A stretch of DNA of 64,000 nucleotides. Origin: Candidatus Obscuribacteraceae bacterium. GTDB taxonomy: Bacteria; Cyanobacteriota; Vampirovibrionia; Obscuribacterales; Obscuribacteraceae. The stretch lies in NCBI GenBank assembly GCA_044226015.1, contig JBGAHS010000001.1, forward strand, positions 640,001 through 704,000, in the 5' to 3' direction. A model generated the notes under the pieces. It was not told the DNA's origin and made no database searches. It saw nothing but the letters and a program-made list of their open reading frames with translations. Position 1 is the stretch's first letter. The number at the start of each line of letters is the position of its first letter. The position numbers were made by a program, and so were the translations under genes. Positions 20,500 through 30,281 of the stretch are shown here, in pieces.

Positions 20500-22023
20500 A
20501 TGGCAGTTACGCAGAGTGCTGTGAAAACGTGCGACCTTTTCGTGGGCGGTAAATGGGTGGCTTCAAAAGCCCAAGATTTCACGAATGTTTGGAATCCTTC
20601 CACTGGCGAAGTGATAGCTAAGGTTCCTGTGTGCAAGGCTGATGAAGTTGATCTTGCTGTGCAGGAAGCCCAAAAGGCTTTTCCAGCATGGAATGACACA
20701 CCAATTGTTGAGCGTACAAGAGTTATGTACCGCTTCAAAGGGTTGCTGGAAAAAAATTATGATGCTATCGCTAGAGAAGTTTGCAGAGAGCATGGTAAGA
20801 CTTTCGCCGAGGCAAGAGCCTCCCTGTTGCGCGGCATGGAAGTAGTCGAATTCACGCTCGGCATTCCAAGCCTCATTATGGGTGAGTGCATGGAGAATAT
20901 CGCAACCAATGTTGATTGTGAAACCATGCGGCATCCACTTGGTGTTTGCGCTGGTATCACACCTTTCAATTTCCCGGCGATGGTGCCATTGTGGATGTAC
21001 CCAATCGCTATCACCTGCGGAAATACTTTCGTGTTGAAACCTTCAGAAAAGGTTCCGCTGACCAGCATGATGATTGCTGAGCTTTTGAAGGAAGCTGGTC
21101 TGCCCGATGGTGTTTTCAATATTGTGCATGGCGGCAAAGAGGCTGTTGATGCGATTCTCACGCATCCTTTAGTGAAAGCTGTTTCGTTTGTCGGTTCAAC
21201 CCACATCGCTAAGTACATCTATGAAGTTGGATGCAAAAATGGTAAGCGAGTGCAAGCAGCTGGTGGAGCTAAGAACCACATCATCATCATGCCAGATGCT
21301 GATATGGACTACACCGTGCAAGCTTTGCAGTCGTCAGCTTTCGGTTGCGCTGGCGAGCGTTGCATGGCAGGCAGCCTTGCAATTCCAGTTGGCGAAGCTG
21401 CGGAAGAACTGATTCCGAAGCTCGTTGAATCATCCGCCAAAATGAAGGTGGGACGCACCGATGGTGATACCAGCCCTGATATGGGACCAGTAATCTCTTC
21501 AGAGCATTTGAAGAAAGTCAAATCTCTCATCGACATGGGAGAAAAAGAAGGTGCGGAAGTGGCACTCGATGGACGTGCTCTCAAGGTGAGTGATGCTCCA
21601 GACGGGTTCTTCCTCGGACCAACAATTCTCGACAAGACTACCTCTCAAATGAGTGTAGTGAAAGAAGAAATTTTTGGACCAGTGTTGAGCGTTTGCAGAG
21701 TCAATACAATTGAAGATGCAATCAAGCTTGGACAAGAGTGCCCATACGGTAATGGCGCTGTCATCTACACAAACAGCGGAAAAGCAGCAAGAGAATTTAA
21801 ACGCTACTTCAATGCTGGAATGATTGGCATCAACGTTGGCGTACCAGCGCCGATGGCTTGGTTCCCATTCACAGGATGGAATGCGTCATTCTACGGTGAT
21901 TTGCACATCCAGGGACGCGAGGGCATCTCATTCTACACACAACAAAAGATGACGATGACCAGATGGTTTGATGGAAAGCCGAGCAAGAAATTCCTCGACC
22001 CAATCTGGAAGGGCAAGAGCTAG
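20500..22023 (+). CDS. mmsA: CoA-acylating (methyl)malonate-semialdehyde dehydrogenase
   Basis: ITPFNFPAMVPLW, FVGST, AKNH, GCAGERCMA, EEIFGPV, GINVGVPAP. Confidence 0.95.
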   Translation: MAVTQSAVKTCDLFVGGKWVASKAQDFTNVWNPSTGEVIAKVPVCKADEVDLAVQEAQKAFPAWNDTPIVERTRVMYRFKGLLEKNYDAIAREVCREHGKTFAEARASLLRGMEVVEFTLGIPSLIMGECMENIATNVDCETMRHPLGVCAGITPFNFPAMVPLWMYPIAITCGNTFVLKPSEKVPLTSMMIAELLKEAGLPDGVFNIVHGGKEAVDAILTHPLVKAVSFVGSTHIAKYIYEVGCKNGKRVQAAGGAKNHIIIMPDADMDYTVQALQSSAFGCAGERCMAGSLAIPVGEAAEELIPKLVESSAKMKVGRTDGDTSPDMGPVISSEHLKKVKSLIDMGEKEGAEVALDGRALKVSDAPDGFFLGPTILDKTTSQMSVVKEEIFGPVLSVCRVNTIEDAIKLGQECPYGNGAVIYTNSGKAAREFKRYFNAGMIGINVGVPAPMAWFPFTGWNASFYGDLHIQGREGISFYTQQKMTMTRWFDGKPSKKFLDPIWKGKS

Positions 22024-22112
22024 CTGCGGACTCACGCTGGGCGCCAGCATCGTGCTGGCTGCTAAAATTCCCAGCGATTAGAATACGCTTTCGCTCATGA
22101 ATACGAGACTAT

Positions 22113-22148
22113 AAAAAGAGGTGACAGTGTGAACTGTCACCTTTTTTG
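22113..22148. terminator. Bidirectional terminator between convergent mmsA and the 22152 gene
   Basis: aaaaagaggtgacagt-gtga-actgtcacctttttt. Confidence 0.88.
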
Positions 22149-22151
22149 CAG

Positions 22152-23336
22152 CTATTGCTTTTTCTTACCGTTTTCGTCGCAGTCGTCACCGTTCTGCGGC
22201 GGTTTATCATTTTTTTCGCGGTCGTTTTTGCCAGCATCGTCATTTCTGTCGCCGCCATCTCTCTTGCCGCGATCGCTACGATAGTTGTCCCAATTATCGC
22301 GTTCGTATCGGTTGCGCTCAGAGTCATACTCAGAATCCTGGCGATGTCTTTCGTCACGATCCAAATCAGGCATGCGCGACAAGCGTGGACCATACTTAAC
22401 ATCCAATTGCCATCCTCCATTGTAGCGGTCGCCATAGCGATCGTACGTTCCCGCTGGAGGCATGATTGAAAGGTACATGCTTGTAGTTGCCAGACGTGGG
22501 TTAAATGGTGGTGGCGTATTTGGTACTATTGGTGGAATCTTCAATACTGTCAGCAGCCACTCGCCTAACTTAGGGTTCTTATACCCAATGTAGCCGGAAG
22601 CCAGTGAGAGACTGGTGTCAAAGGTATAGTTGCCTAGCGTGTTTCTCACGATATGCAAGTTCTTCCATGTATGTTCATCGCTATGCCATGTATCTTTGAC
22701 TGCATCGCTGAATTTTTCCCAGCGGCGATGATCATGCAAAGTATCGAGGACAAATCGGCTTGTGAAATAGGTTCCAATAACTAGCGATGTTGCAGCGCCA
22801 AGTTTGCCAGCTTTGGACATTGCAGCTAGCGTTCCACCGATTACAATCGATGAGGCAATCTGCGGAATATGGTCAGGTAAGTTCGCTATTCCATAGAAGA
22901 AACTCTGTCCTACACCGCCGCCAATTACGAATGCTTCGCGTTTCAGCTTGGTGGAAAAGTTCTCACAGCTTCCTCCTTTTAGAACATCACCCGGATTAGG
23001 CAATGGTGGCGGACCGTCATGGTCGCCTTTTCCTGGTGGAGCCGGAAACGGATTGGGATGTGGTGAATCTTTCGGAGGTCCCGGAAACGGATTAGGGTGT
23101 GGTGAATCCTTCGGTGGCCCCGCTGGAGGAATTTTCCAGGGGCTCGGCCTATCGTAGAAGGAATTGAGCGGCTGCTGTTGTTGTGTGTCGAAAGGGGCTT
23201 TTGAGATACTACTTAAAGCCTGTTCTTTTGCTTTTTCAAACGCTTCCGCGCTGAGACGTGAGTCACCAGAGGCAGTGCCAGTGCCATCTCGCGGGGAGAT
23301 GTCTCTGGAAAAAGCTAGTCGGTCATCACCGCTCAT
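22152..23336 (-). CDS. Hypothetical protein: Pro-rich N-region, Gly-rich hydrophobic core, D/R/N-rich tail
   Basis: Long ORF; ATG at 23336 has a GAGGG RBS and is preferred over 23420. Confidence 0.75.
   Translation of the reverse strand: MSGDDRLAFSRDISPRDGTGTASGDSRLSAEAFEKAKEQALSSISKAPFDTQQQQPLNSFYDRPSPWKIPPAGPPKDSPHPNPFPGPPKDSPHPNPFPAPPGKGDHDGPPPLPNPGDVLKGGSCENFSTKLKREAFVIGGGVGQSFFYGIANLPDHIPQIASSIVIGGTLAAMSKAGKLGAATSLVIGTYFTSRFVLDTLHDHRRWEKFSDAVKDTWHSDEHTWKNLHIVRNTLGNYTFDTSLSLASGYIGYKNPKLGEWLLTVLKIPPIVPNTPPPFNPRLATTSMYLSIMPPAGTYDRYGDRYNGGWQLDVKYGPRLSRMPDLDRDERHRQDSEYDSERNRYERDNWDNYRSDRGKRDGGDRNDDAGKNDREKNDKPPQNGDDCDENGKKKQ
23042..23119 (-). repeat. Two tandem 39-bp units encoding GPPKDSPHPNPFP
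   Basis: Direct repeat visible in both DNA and protein. Confidence 0.85.
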
Positions 23337-23571
23337 GGTTCCCTCTGTTGCCCAAACGCTCTCAAGCCCATTTTGAGACCGCTTGATAACAAGACTACGG
23401 GGATATATATCCACTGTCATCTAATAAAACGTTAGGCTATACGGTCTGCTTGGGGAAAACCCGTAGTAAAAAGCAGCAGTTTTCGCAATTATGTGATGGA
23501 ATTTATTTGCCAGGTTGGCGTTTGCTTTCGCTTCCAGACTTTTAGTTGATGTTCTACAAGTAGAGAAAACG

Positions 23572-23617
23572 AAAATAGGGAAAGCCCTTCACGTCCATTC
23601 GGTTGGGTGGGGCTTTC
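23572..23617 (-). terminator. Probable terminator downstream of the 23671 gene
   Basis: gaaagccc...gggctttc stem with an A-run on the left (T-tract on the minus strand). Confidence 0.5.
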
Positions 23618-23670
23618 AGTGAGTGTAGAGATGCGAGAATACAAAATCGGTTCCCCAGGAGATCAGCTAA

Positions 23671-24258
23671 TCAATTTTGCTTCTCTTTATCTGGCGCCGA
23701 GTCGGGTCTCTTCTCTGCAAGTGATGTGTGGTCATGCATGATTCGCCAGCCATCCTTTGTATTTACGAAGACCAGGCTAAATACGCCATCCAAACTTGTG
23801 GTGGCTAAATCAAGATGCCAACGTCCAATCATCAGTTCGTTCTTCGGACCCAGGTCGTAAGTTTTCAAATCAGAAAACTCAAGCTTGCCCATGGTCTCTT
23901 TGCTTTCGCCGTACTTTTTCTGATAACGGGCTCGTAGGGCTTCATACCCCCAAACGATGTTACCTGCAGACGTGAACGACAATTTTTCTGAGTGCAAATA
24001 TCCACTCATAAAATTGTCCAAGTCGCCCTTATTCCATGCCTCCTTTTGAGAGACGAGCAAGTTCGTAACTGCCTCACCGGCAGCAGACCTGGGTTCTTTC
24101 GTGCTGGTATCGGACGCACTGCTTTTAGTAGATTTTGCGATTTTCAGAGAAGTCGCCTCATCTGCTATTGCGGCAGTTCCGAAGGTCGGTAGAAAAAGCG
24201 CAAGCGCCACCGGGAAGGTTAGCGCTTGCAAGGATATTTGTTTTGTTCTTTGGTTCAC
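23671..24258 (-). CDS. Exported SnoaL/NTF2-like (DUF4440/YybH) protein
   Basis: Signal peptide; AWNKGDLDNFMSGY, GVFSLVF..GWRIMHDHTS. Confidence 0.88.
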   Translation of the reverse strand: MNQRTKQISLQALTFPVALALFLPTFGTAAIADEATSLKIAKSTKSSASDTSTKEPRSAAGEAVTNLLVSQKEAWNKGDLDNFMSGYLHSEKLSFTSAGNIVWGYEALRARYQKKYGESKETMGKLEFSDLKTYDLGPKNELMIGRWHLDLATTSLDGVFSLVFVNTKDGWRIMHDHTSLAEKRPDSAPDKEKQN

Positions 24259-24305
24259 AACCGGTCACTTTCGTATCTTAGTTGCACCATATGCAGTGCA
24301 ACGGG

Positions 24306-25241
24306 TTATTTCGCACTTCCAGCAGTGGCAGCTGCTTGCTGTTGCTGAGCATGAGTTCCGACTCCGACCAGCATTGTCTCGTTGTAGTCTTCCATTTCTG
24401 CTGGCAGGGCTGACGGGACGTTTGTGTGGTAGAGGGTAATATTATGTGGAACGGGGGCTAATCTCTTAGCGTTTGCAACTGTTGGGTTCGGTCTGATGAC
24501 GGCTTTAGCAAGACCCATTTTTTCCAGGATCCAAATGTAGCACCAGGTGACATCGAACTCTTTCCAGGTCATTCCATGGCGTGCTGATTTCGGCATGGCG
24601 TGGTGATTGTTGTGCCAGCCTTCGCCACAAGCGAGAATGCCTACCCACCAAACGTTGCGGCTATCTTCACGCGTGTTGAATGTGCGATAACCGTGGTTCT
24701 CCATATGGCAGAAAGTGTTGACAAACTGTGTTGCCCAGAACACCGTGACTGTGGCGAGTACGTTTGCAACGAGCGCTTGCCAGCCGAAGAAAACGAGTAT
24801 TGGAATACGGAAAATAACGTTGATTGCGAGGCAGAGCAATGCTTGTCCTGCGGTATGACCTCTTCCGAGGTGCTTATAGATCGGGTCTTCATACATATCA
24901 GGAGTGACGCGCTTCACTTCTTCATCACTCTGATATTGCGGCATCTGGAACATCCACTCATAAAGTGCATGTTTGAATCCATCGCGGGGGCTATGTGGAT
25001 CTCCAGGTTGATCTGATTTCAAATGGTGCAATCTATGAACAGCTACCCATACGATGGGTGAACCCATCAAACAGAAGTAACCACCTGATACGATCAGGTA
25101 TTCGAGCCACTTTGGCACTGTCAAAGATTTATGTGTTAGCAGTCTGTGATAGCCAAGCGTTATTCCGCAACCAACATATAGGTAGGTCACGAAAAACGAA
25201 ACGACCGCAGCGGTTAACGGCGATTGAAAAATAGAGTCCAA
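24306..25241 (-). CDS. Delta-9 type fatty acyl desaturase
   Basis: His boxes HRLLTH, HRLHH, HNNHH; TTG start at 25241 with a GGGGGA RBS. Confidence 0.93.
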   Translation of the reverse strand: MDSIFQSPLTAAVVSFFVTYLYVGCGITLGYHRLLTHKSLTVPKWLEYLIVSGGYFCLMGSPIVWVAVHRLHHLKSDQPGDPHSPRDGFKHALYEWMFQMPQYQSDEEVKRVTPDMYEDPIYKHLGRGHTAGQALLCLAINVIFRIPILVFFGWQALVANVLATVTVFWATQFVNTFCHMENHGYRTFNTREDSRNVWWVGILACGEGWHNNHHAMPKSARHGMTWKEFDVTWCYIWILEKMGLAKAVIRPNPTVANAKRLAPVPHNITLYHTNVPSALPAEMEDYNETMLVGVGTHAQQQQAAATAGSAK

Positions 25242-25476
25242 AGTGATTCCCCCGGTGCACAAAAAACTTGAGCCATAGTACCACGTGACAGCCTCACAGC
25301 CTTGACTCGTAGACTGATCAATAAGCTAATCTCGATGCCACTTGATAAGTAGTATCTCATAATAAATCTTGCATTCGCGAAAGTATTACGAAATTGGTGC
25401 TCTTCCGTATGACTCTTTGTTCATGCGCTTCCTCTAGCCGCCTGCATTTAACGCGTTTAAGATACATCTCTTATTC

Positions 25477-26778
25477 TTGTTATCAAGTTTTTTGACGTTT
25501 ATCATTTTGGCGATTACCTTGCTAGGAGTACGCGCATCGCGAACTTCTATTGACTGTCTGGAACTTATTGTGGACTTTCGTTCTTTCCCTCACGCATTTA
25601 AAGGATCAGTTTGCAAACTGTTGGGGCTTCTCCTGCTTTTGCATAATTTGACGATGCCAGTTTTTGCGAAGCAGACGAAAAAGCTGGAAGGACAGAATTA
25701 TCTCTTGTCTCAGTCCGCCGAAAAGCCTGATGATTCAGAGCCAGAGAAGCCAGATGCGAGCTCTGGGAATACTATTAAAGGCAAAAATACGAGCAGCGTC
25801 GACTCTACGAGTTTAGCCGACTCTGCAAATAATAGTATGGGCACGCCGACCGATTTTGCCAACTTTTTCGCAAGTACTGAGCGCCCGAAAGTCGGTTTGG
25901 CTTTGGCTGGAGGCGGCACTCGCGGGTGCGCGCATATTGGCGTTATACGCGTGCTCGAAAAGGAAGGGATTCCCATCGATGCAATTTCCGGCACCAGTAT
26001 TGGTGCCATAGTTGGTGGACTATATGCATCAGGAACAAGTTTGAAAACTATTGAAGACCTTGTCTGTTCCAAGCGACTCATGAGAGCCTATCAGACTGTG
26101 CCGATTCCAGTGAGGCTGGGGTTGGTTCCAGTCTTTTTCGTGCCACACATGTTCGGGTGGCATCCTTACGATGGACTTTACAGAGGCAATTTGTTTGCGA
26201 AGTTCATTTCAAAATCAGCGCCTCCTGGACACAGCGATATAAGTACATTCAAAATTCCATTTAGTGCAGTGGCAGCAAATTTGCTGGATGGCAAAGCCTA
26301 CTCCATAACTAGTGGCGATTTGGGGCGGGCTGTGCAGGCTTCTTCAGCAATTCCACTCTTGCGGCGCCCGGTTGAAATTGGAGACAAGTTGTTTGTTGAT
26401 GGCGGGGTTGTGCAGAATTTGCCTTGCGATAAAGTTCGTGAGCTCGGAGCTGACTTCGTTATCGCTGTAGACATAGATGATGACTTGAAGTTGTTGGAGA
26501 AAAAAGACTTCAGAAAAATTGGCAGCGTATCTCGCCGGGCAGTAAATATGCAGTTGTCTTCGATAGATTCATTCCAACAAGATAAGGCAGACTTTTTAAT
26601 TCATCCTGATGTCACCGGCATTGACCTGCTGGATGGTAACCCAAAAGATGCTCGCCGGGCAATCAAGTCTGGGGAGGAAATCGCTAAGCAGTTAGTGCCT
26701 GAGCTAAAACGCAAATTGCTAGAATATGCCGCTACGTTCTCTAAGACCAGCGCTGCAAGCAAATCTAGTGGCAACTAG
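25477..26778 (+). CDS. Patatin-like phospholipase (start uncertain, probably downstream)
   Basis: GGGTRG, GTSIG nucleophile elbow, DGG motif. Confidence 0.9.
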   Translation: MLSSFLTFIILAITLLGVRASRTSIDCLELIVDFRSFPHAFKGSVCKLLGLLLLLHNLTMPVFAKQTKKLEGQNYLLSQSAEKPDDSEPEKPDASSGNTIKGKNTSSVDSTSLADSANNSMGTPTDFANFFASTERPKVGLALAGGGTRGCAHIGVIRVLEKEGIPIDAISGTSIGAIVGGLYASGTSLKTIEDLVCSKRLMRAYQTVPIPVRLGLVPVFFVPHMFGWHPYDGLYRGNLFAKFISKSAPPGHSDISTFKIPFSAVAANLLDGKAYSITSGDLGRAVQASSAIPLLRRPVEIGDKLFVDGGVVQNLPCDKVRELGADFVIAVDIDDDLKLLEKKDFRKIGSVSRRAVNMQLSSIDSFQQDKADFLIHPDVTGIDLLDGNPKDARRAIKSGEEIAKQLVPELKRKLLEYAATFSKTSAASKSSGN

Positions 26779-26850
26779 CTGCAAGCTATACGAATAACAA
26801 AGACTTCAGGCAGACAGAAATCAGAACACAAGGACAGCGAGTAAGCGCCC

Positions 26851-28869
26851 ATGAGCCAAAACGAAGATGCCAAATCGGAGCAGCCAGCTGCATCAGTTCC
26901 GGAATCCTCAGAGCACCACGTCATGACCCATGAACAGGCGATGGGACCAGACGACCATTTAGACAAGCAAACTGCCTCTGATGTTGCCGAGATCATTTCT
27001 CACGAGCGAAAGGATGAGGAACTGACCCCCGAAGAACTTCATTTGAAGTGGTACAAGGAGACTTACCAGGGCGACAACGTTCCTCAGTTTACGTTTAGAG
27101 CTGTCATCATGGGCGGTATCATTGGCGCATTGATGTCAGTCTCAAATCTCTATACCGCTATAAAAGTTGGTTGGCTCTTCGGAGTCGCCATTACTGCTTG
27201 TGTTCTTTCCTTTGTCATATGGAAAGTCTTTCGCTTTGCAAATCCGAACTTGTCTCAAATGTCCATTCTTGAAAATAACTGCATGCAATCCACAGCCTCT
27301 GCTGCCGGGTATTCAACTGGTTCTACCATTGCCACCGCTTTCGGTGCATACCTTCTGATCACTGGGCATCATGTTGATTGGAAAATTACTGCAGTTTGGA
27401 CTTTGATTACGGCACTGCTTGGTGTGTTGTTGGCTGTGCCTATGAAGAAGCAGATGATCAATCGCGAGCGATTGCCTTTCCCCAGCGGTATTGCCGCTGC
27501 CGAAACCCTCAAGAGTCTTTATGGTGGAGCTAAGGAGTCAATCTATCAGGCTTATTCACTTGTTGCAGCTATGGTTTCAGGCGTGGTTATCGGTGTTCTT
27601 GGGAAAGGTGATTATGCGTGGCAAAAGGTAACTGGTCTTAAGTTGCCAGAACTCATTCCCTTTAACATCACTTACAGTGGCATGGATATGTCCAAGTTCG
27701 CGGGGTTTGGATTCGAGCCCAGCTTGATGTTAATCAGTGCCGGCATGATTGTTGGTCTGCGAAATTCTTTCTCGATGCTTCTTAGCTCATGTATTTTGTA
27801 TTTTTGTCTGGGTCCGTGGCTTGTTAGTCACAACGTCATCGATGCTCCCAGCCATATTGTGTCTCGTTGGGCTCTGTGGACTGGAGCCGCCATCATGGTA
27901 AGTTCTGGTCTGACCTCATTCGCACTTCAATGGAAGACCATATTTCGAGCTGTGGGAAGCATCAAGCAGAGTGGCGGCGCCTCTGGAGTCGACGAGAAGA
28001 CACAAGCTGAGATTGATGCTATTGAAGTGCCAAATAAATGGTTTCTGATTGGATTCATTCCTCTGGGAATCATTTTCTCTATCGTAATGAATCTCGCTTT
28101 TGGCGTAGAAATCTGGAAAGGACTTATCGCTGTCGTCCTCAGCTTCTTCCTAGCTTTAGTTGCGTGCCGAGCAACCGGCGAAACAGACATAACTCCAATC
28201 GGGGCTATGGGAAAAATTTCGCAGCTTACCTTTGCTGTTCTGAGCCCTGGAAACATGACGCAGAATTTGATGGCCGCTAGTGTTACCGCCAACACATCCT
28301 CTGCATCAGCAGACTTGCTTACAGATTTGAAGAGCGGCTACTTGCTTGGTGCCAATGCGCGCAGGCAATTTCTTGCACAGCTTACAGGAGTCTTTTTCGG
28401 CACCGTTGCCATTATTCCTGCCTGGTTTCTGATGATTCCCGATAGGGCAACGCTTGAGGCTTATAATCCGCCTTCTACGCTGATCTACAAAGCTGTTGCT
28501 GAGGCACTTTCCAAAGGTATTGACAGTCTGCACCCTTCGGCGGTTCAGGGAATTATCATTGGAAGCATTCTAGGGCTGGTCATTTCCGTTATTGAGACGA
28601 ACTTTCCCAAGTTGAAAAAATTTGTTCCGTCTTCAATGGGCTTGGGCCTTGCTTGGATTATGCCTTTCCAGAACGCATTCGCGTTTTTCATTGGTGCCGC
28701 TATCGCGTGGATCTGGAAAAAGGCTCATCCAAAAACAGCTGATGTCTTCACGATTCCCATAGCATCGGGAGCCATCGCAGGAGAGTCGCTTGCATGTGCT
28801 TTCATTGCTATCTTCGATGCTCTGCCGAAGGTTCTTCCACAGGTACTGAAGGCAGTTAGCGGGAAATAA
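26851..28869 (+). CDS. OPT-family oligopeptide transporter
   Basis: Multi-TM; LENN.MQS.AS, LPFPSGIA.AE, GETDITP, DLKSGYLLGA. Confidence 0.93.
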   Translation: MSQNEDAKSEQPAASVPESSEHHVMTHEQAMGPDDHLDKQTASDVAEIISHERKDEELTPEELHLKWYKETYQGDNVPQFTFRAVIMGGIIGALMSVSNLYTAIKVGWLFGVAITACVLSFVIWKVFRFANPNLSQMSILENNCMQSTASAAGYSTGSTIATAFGAYLLITGHHVDWKITAVWTLITALLGVLLAVPMKKQMINRERLPFPSGIAAAETLKSLYGGAKESIYQAYSLVAAMVSGVVIGVLGKGDYAWQKVTGLKLPELIPFNITYSGMDMSKFAGFGFEPSLMLISAGMIVGLRNSFSMLLSSCILYFCLGPWLVSHNVIDAPSHIVSRWALWTGAAIMVSSGLTSFALQWKTIFRAVGSIKQSGGASGVDEKTQAEIDAIEVPNKWFLIGFIPLGIIFSIVMNLAFGVEIWKGLIAVVLSFFLALVACRATGETDITPIGAMGKISQLTFAVLSPGNMTQNLMAASVTANTSSASADLLTDLKSGYLLGANARRQFLAQLTGVFFGTVAIIPAWFLMIPDRATLEAYNPPSTLIYKAVAEALSKGIDSLHPSAVQGIIIGSILGLVISVIETNFPKLKKFVPSSMGLGLAWIMPFQNAFAFFIGAAIAWIWKKAHPKTADVFTIPIASGAIAGESLACAFIAIFDALPKVLPQVLKAVSGK

Positions 28870-28966
28870 CCGCTAGATTGGAGTTTCTCGCGGTTTGAGC
28901 TCGCGAAGACTTTGTTGCTATATAATCAATATCTATTGCTTCCGAAGTGCTCGTAAGGCGTAATCG

Positions 28967-30277
28967 ATGCTCCAGCTTGCCGAGAAGAAGAGGGTCACAA
29001 AGTCAATTGGCGAGCTTGGTCGTCGTGTGACTGCTGCCGACGTGTCGACTAAAACTGGGCTTCCTGTGCTTGTCGTATCGCAGGCATTGAATCAAATAGC
29101 TGCAGAAACTGATGGACATATTGCGGTCAGCCAGAGCGGAGATGTCGTTTACTCTTTTAGACCTGGCTTTGCAAATCGCTATCTTACAAAAGGGGTTCAG
29201 CAGCTAATTGAAAGAGTGGGTGAGCGCTTTTTCAAAGTTCTTTTCTTTTTGCTAAAGATCTCTTTCGGAATAATGCTCATTCTCTCCTTCTTCATTATCG
29301 TCATCACAATTTTCATTCTCTTCTATGCGGATCGCAGTCAGTCAGGACGAGGGAAAAACAGCTCGCAAACAGAAGAAACAAATCGATTCTCTTTCCTGGA
29401 TTATTTGATATTGCAAGACGTGTTTAAGTATTTCTTGCAACCGGCTTCTCCCGTCAAGTACGTCTATGATAAGCCGACTGTAAGAAGACGAGAGCATCCC
29501 AATTTCTTGTTGGATTGTTTCTCATTTCTCTTTGGAGACGGTGACCCCAACGAGGGAATCGAAGAGAAAAAATGGCAGCTTATTGCTCAAGTCATCAAGA
29601 AACATGACTATGTTATTACAGCAGAGCAGTTAGCCCCTTATACGGGAGCAGACCCTCATCGAGAAGATGCGGTTCTGCCTGTTTTGGTACGCTTTGATGG
29701 CAAACCTGAAGTGACTGAATCCGGTAACATTGTTTATAGGTTCGAGTCACTAGCGGTAACCAGCGGAACAGACTTGCACGAAAATATTCCCGATCATCTG
29801 CACGAGTTTTACTGGAAGTTTACAGAGGTAGAACCAGCTGCGATGCGCCCTGTGTATTTTATAGCAGGCTTGAACTTCGCCGGAGCTTGGTTCCTCTATA
29901 TACTTTTGCATTCTTCTAAAGCCGCATCTATTACGGTGCTTTTCACCACATTGGTGGTCTATGCCACATTGTTTTTGGTTGTTCCGATGTTGCGAAATCT
30001 GTCGATTAATTTCATTAATCAAGCAATTGATAAACGAAATAATGCGCGCGAGCGAAATGCAGATGCGCTTGAGTCACCCGATGCAGGCTTGAAAAAGAAG
30101 CTCGCTGAAGCCCGAGAATTCCGAGTTCGTGACCATCTAATCAGCAAGAAAAATGTAGTTTATACAACTGAGAAAAACTCTCTTGAGCAAGATGATGATC
30201 TGTCGCGAAAGTTTGCTGCTGGCGAAGTGTTCGATGCTAAGCCTGAAGAAACCTTCGATGCCTCGCCGACTGATTAA
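28967..30277 (+). CDS. Conserved cyanobacterial/plastid membrane protein (At5g03900-like)
   Basis: RVT.ADV..KTGL, G.I.VS.SGDVVYSF, FSFLFGDGDPN, LAPY, RFDGKPEV..GNIVY.F. Confidence 0.75.
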   Translation: MLQLAEKKRVTKSIGELGRRVTAADVSTKTGLPVLVVSQALNQIAAETDGHIAVSQSGDVVYSFRPGFANRYLTKGVQQLIERVGERFFKVLFFLLKISFGIMLILSFFIIVITIFILFYADRSQSGRGKNSSQTEETNRFSFLDYLILQDVFKYFLQPASPVKYVYDKPTVRRREHPNFLLDCFSFLFGDGDPNEGIEEKKWQLIAQVIKKHDYVITAEQLAPYTGADPHREDAVLPVLVRFDGKPEVTESGNIVYRFESLAVTSGTDLHENIPDHLHEFYWKFTEVEPAAMRPVYFIAGLNFAGAWFLYILLHSSKAASITVLFTTLVVYATLFLVVPMLRNLSINFINQAIDKRNNARERNADALESPDAGLKKKLAEAREFRVRDHLISKKNVVYTTEKNSLEQDDDLSRKFAAGEVFDAKPEETFDASPTD

Positions 30278-30281
30278 TGGT

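Noticed and set aside
22146..22469. Hydrophobic 107-aa + strand ORF
   Set aside because: Antisense of the D/R/N-rich tail of the 22152 gene.
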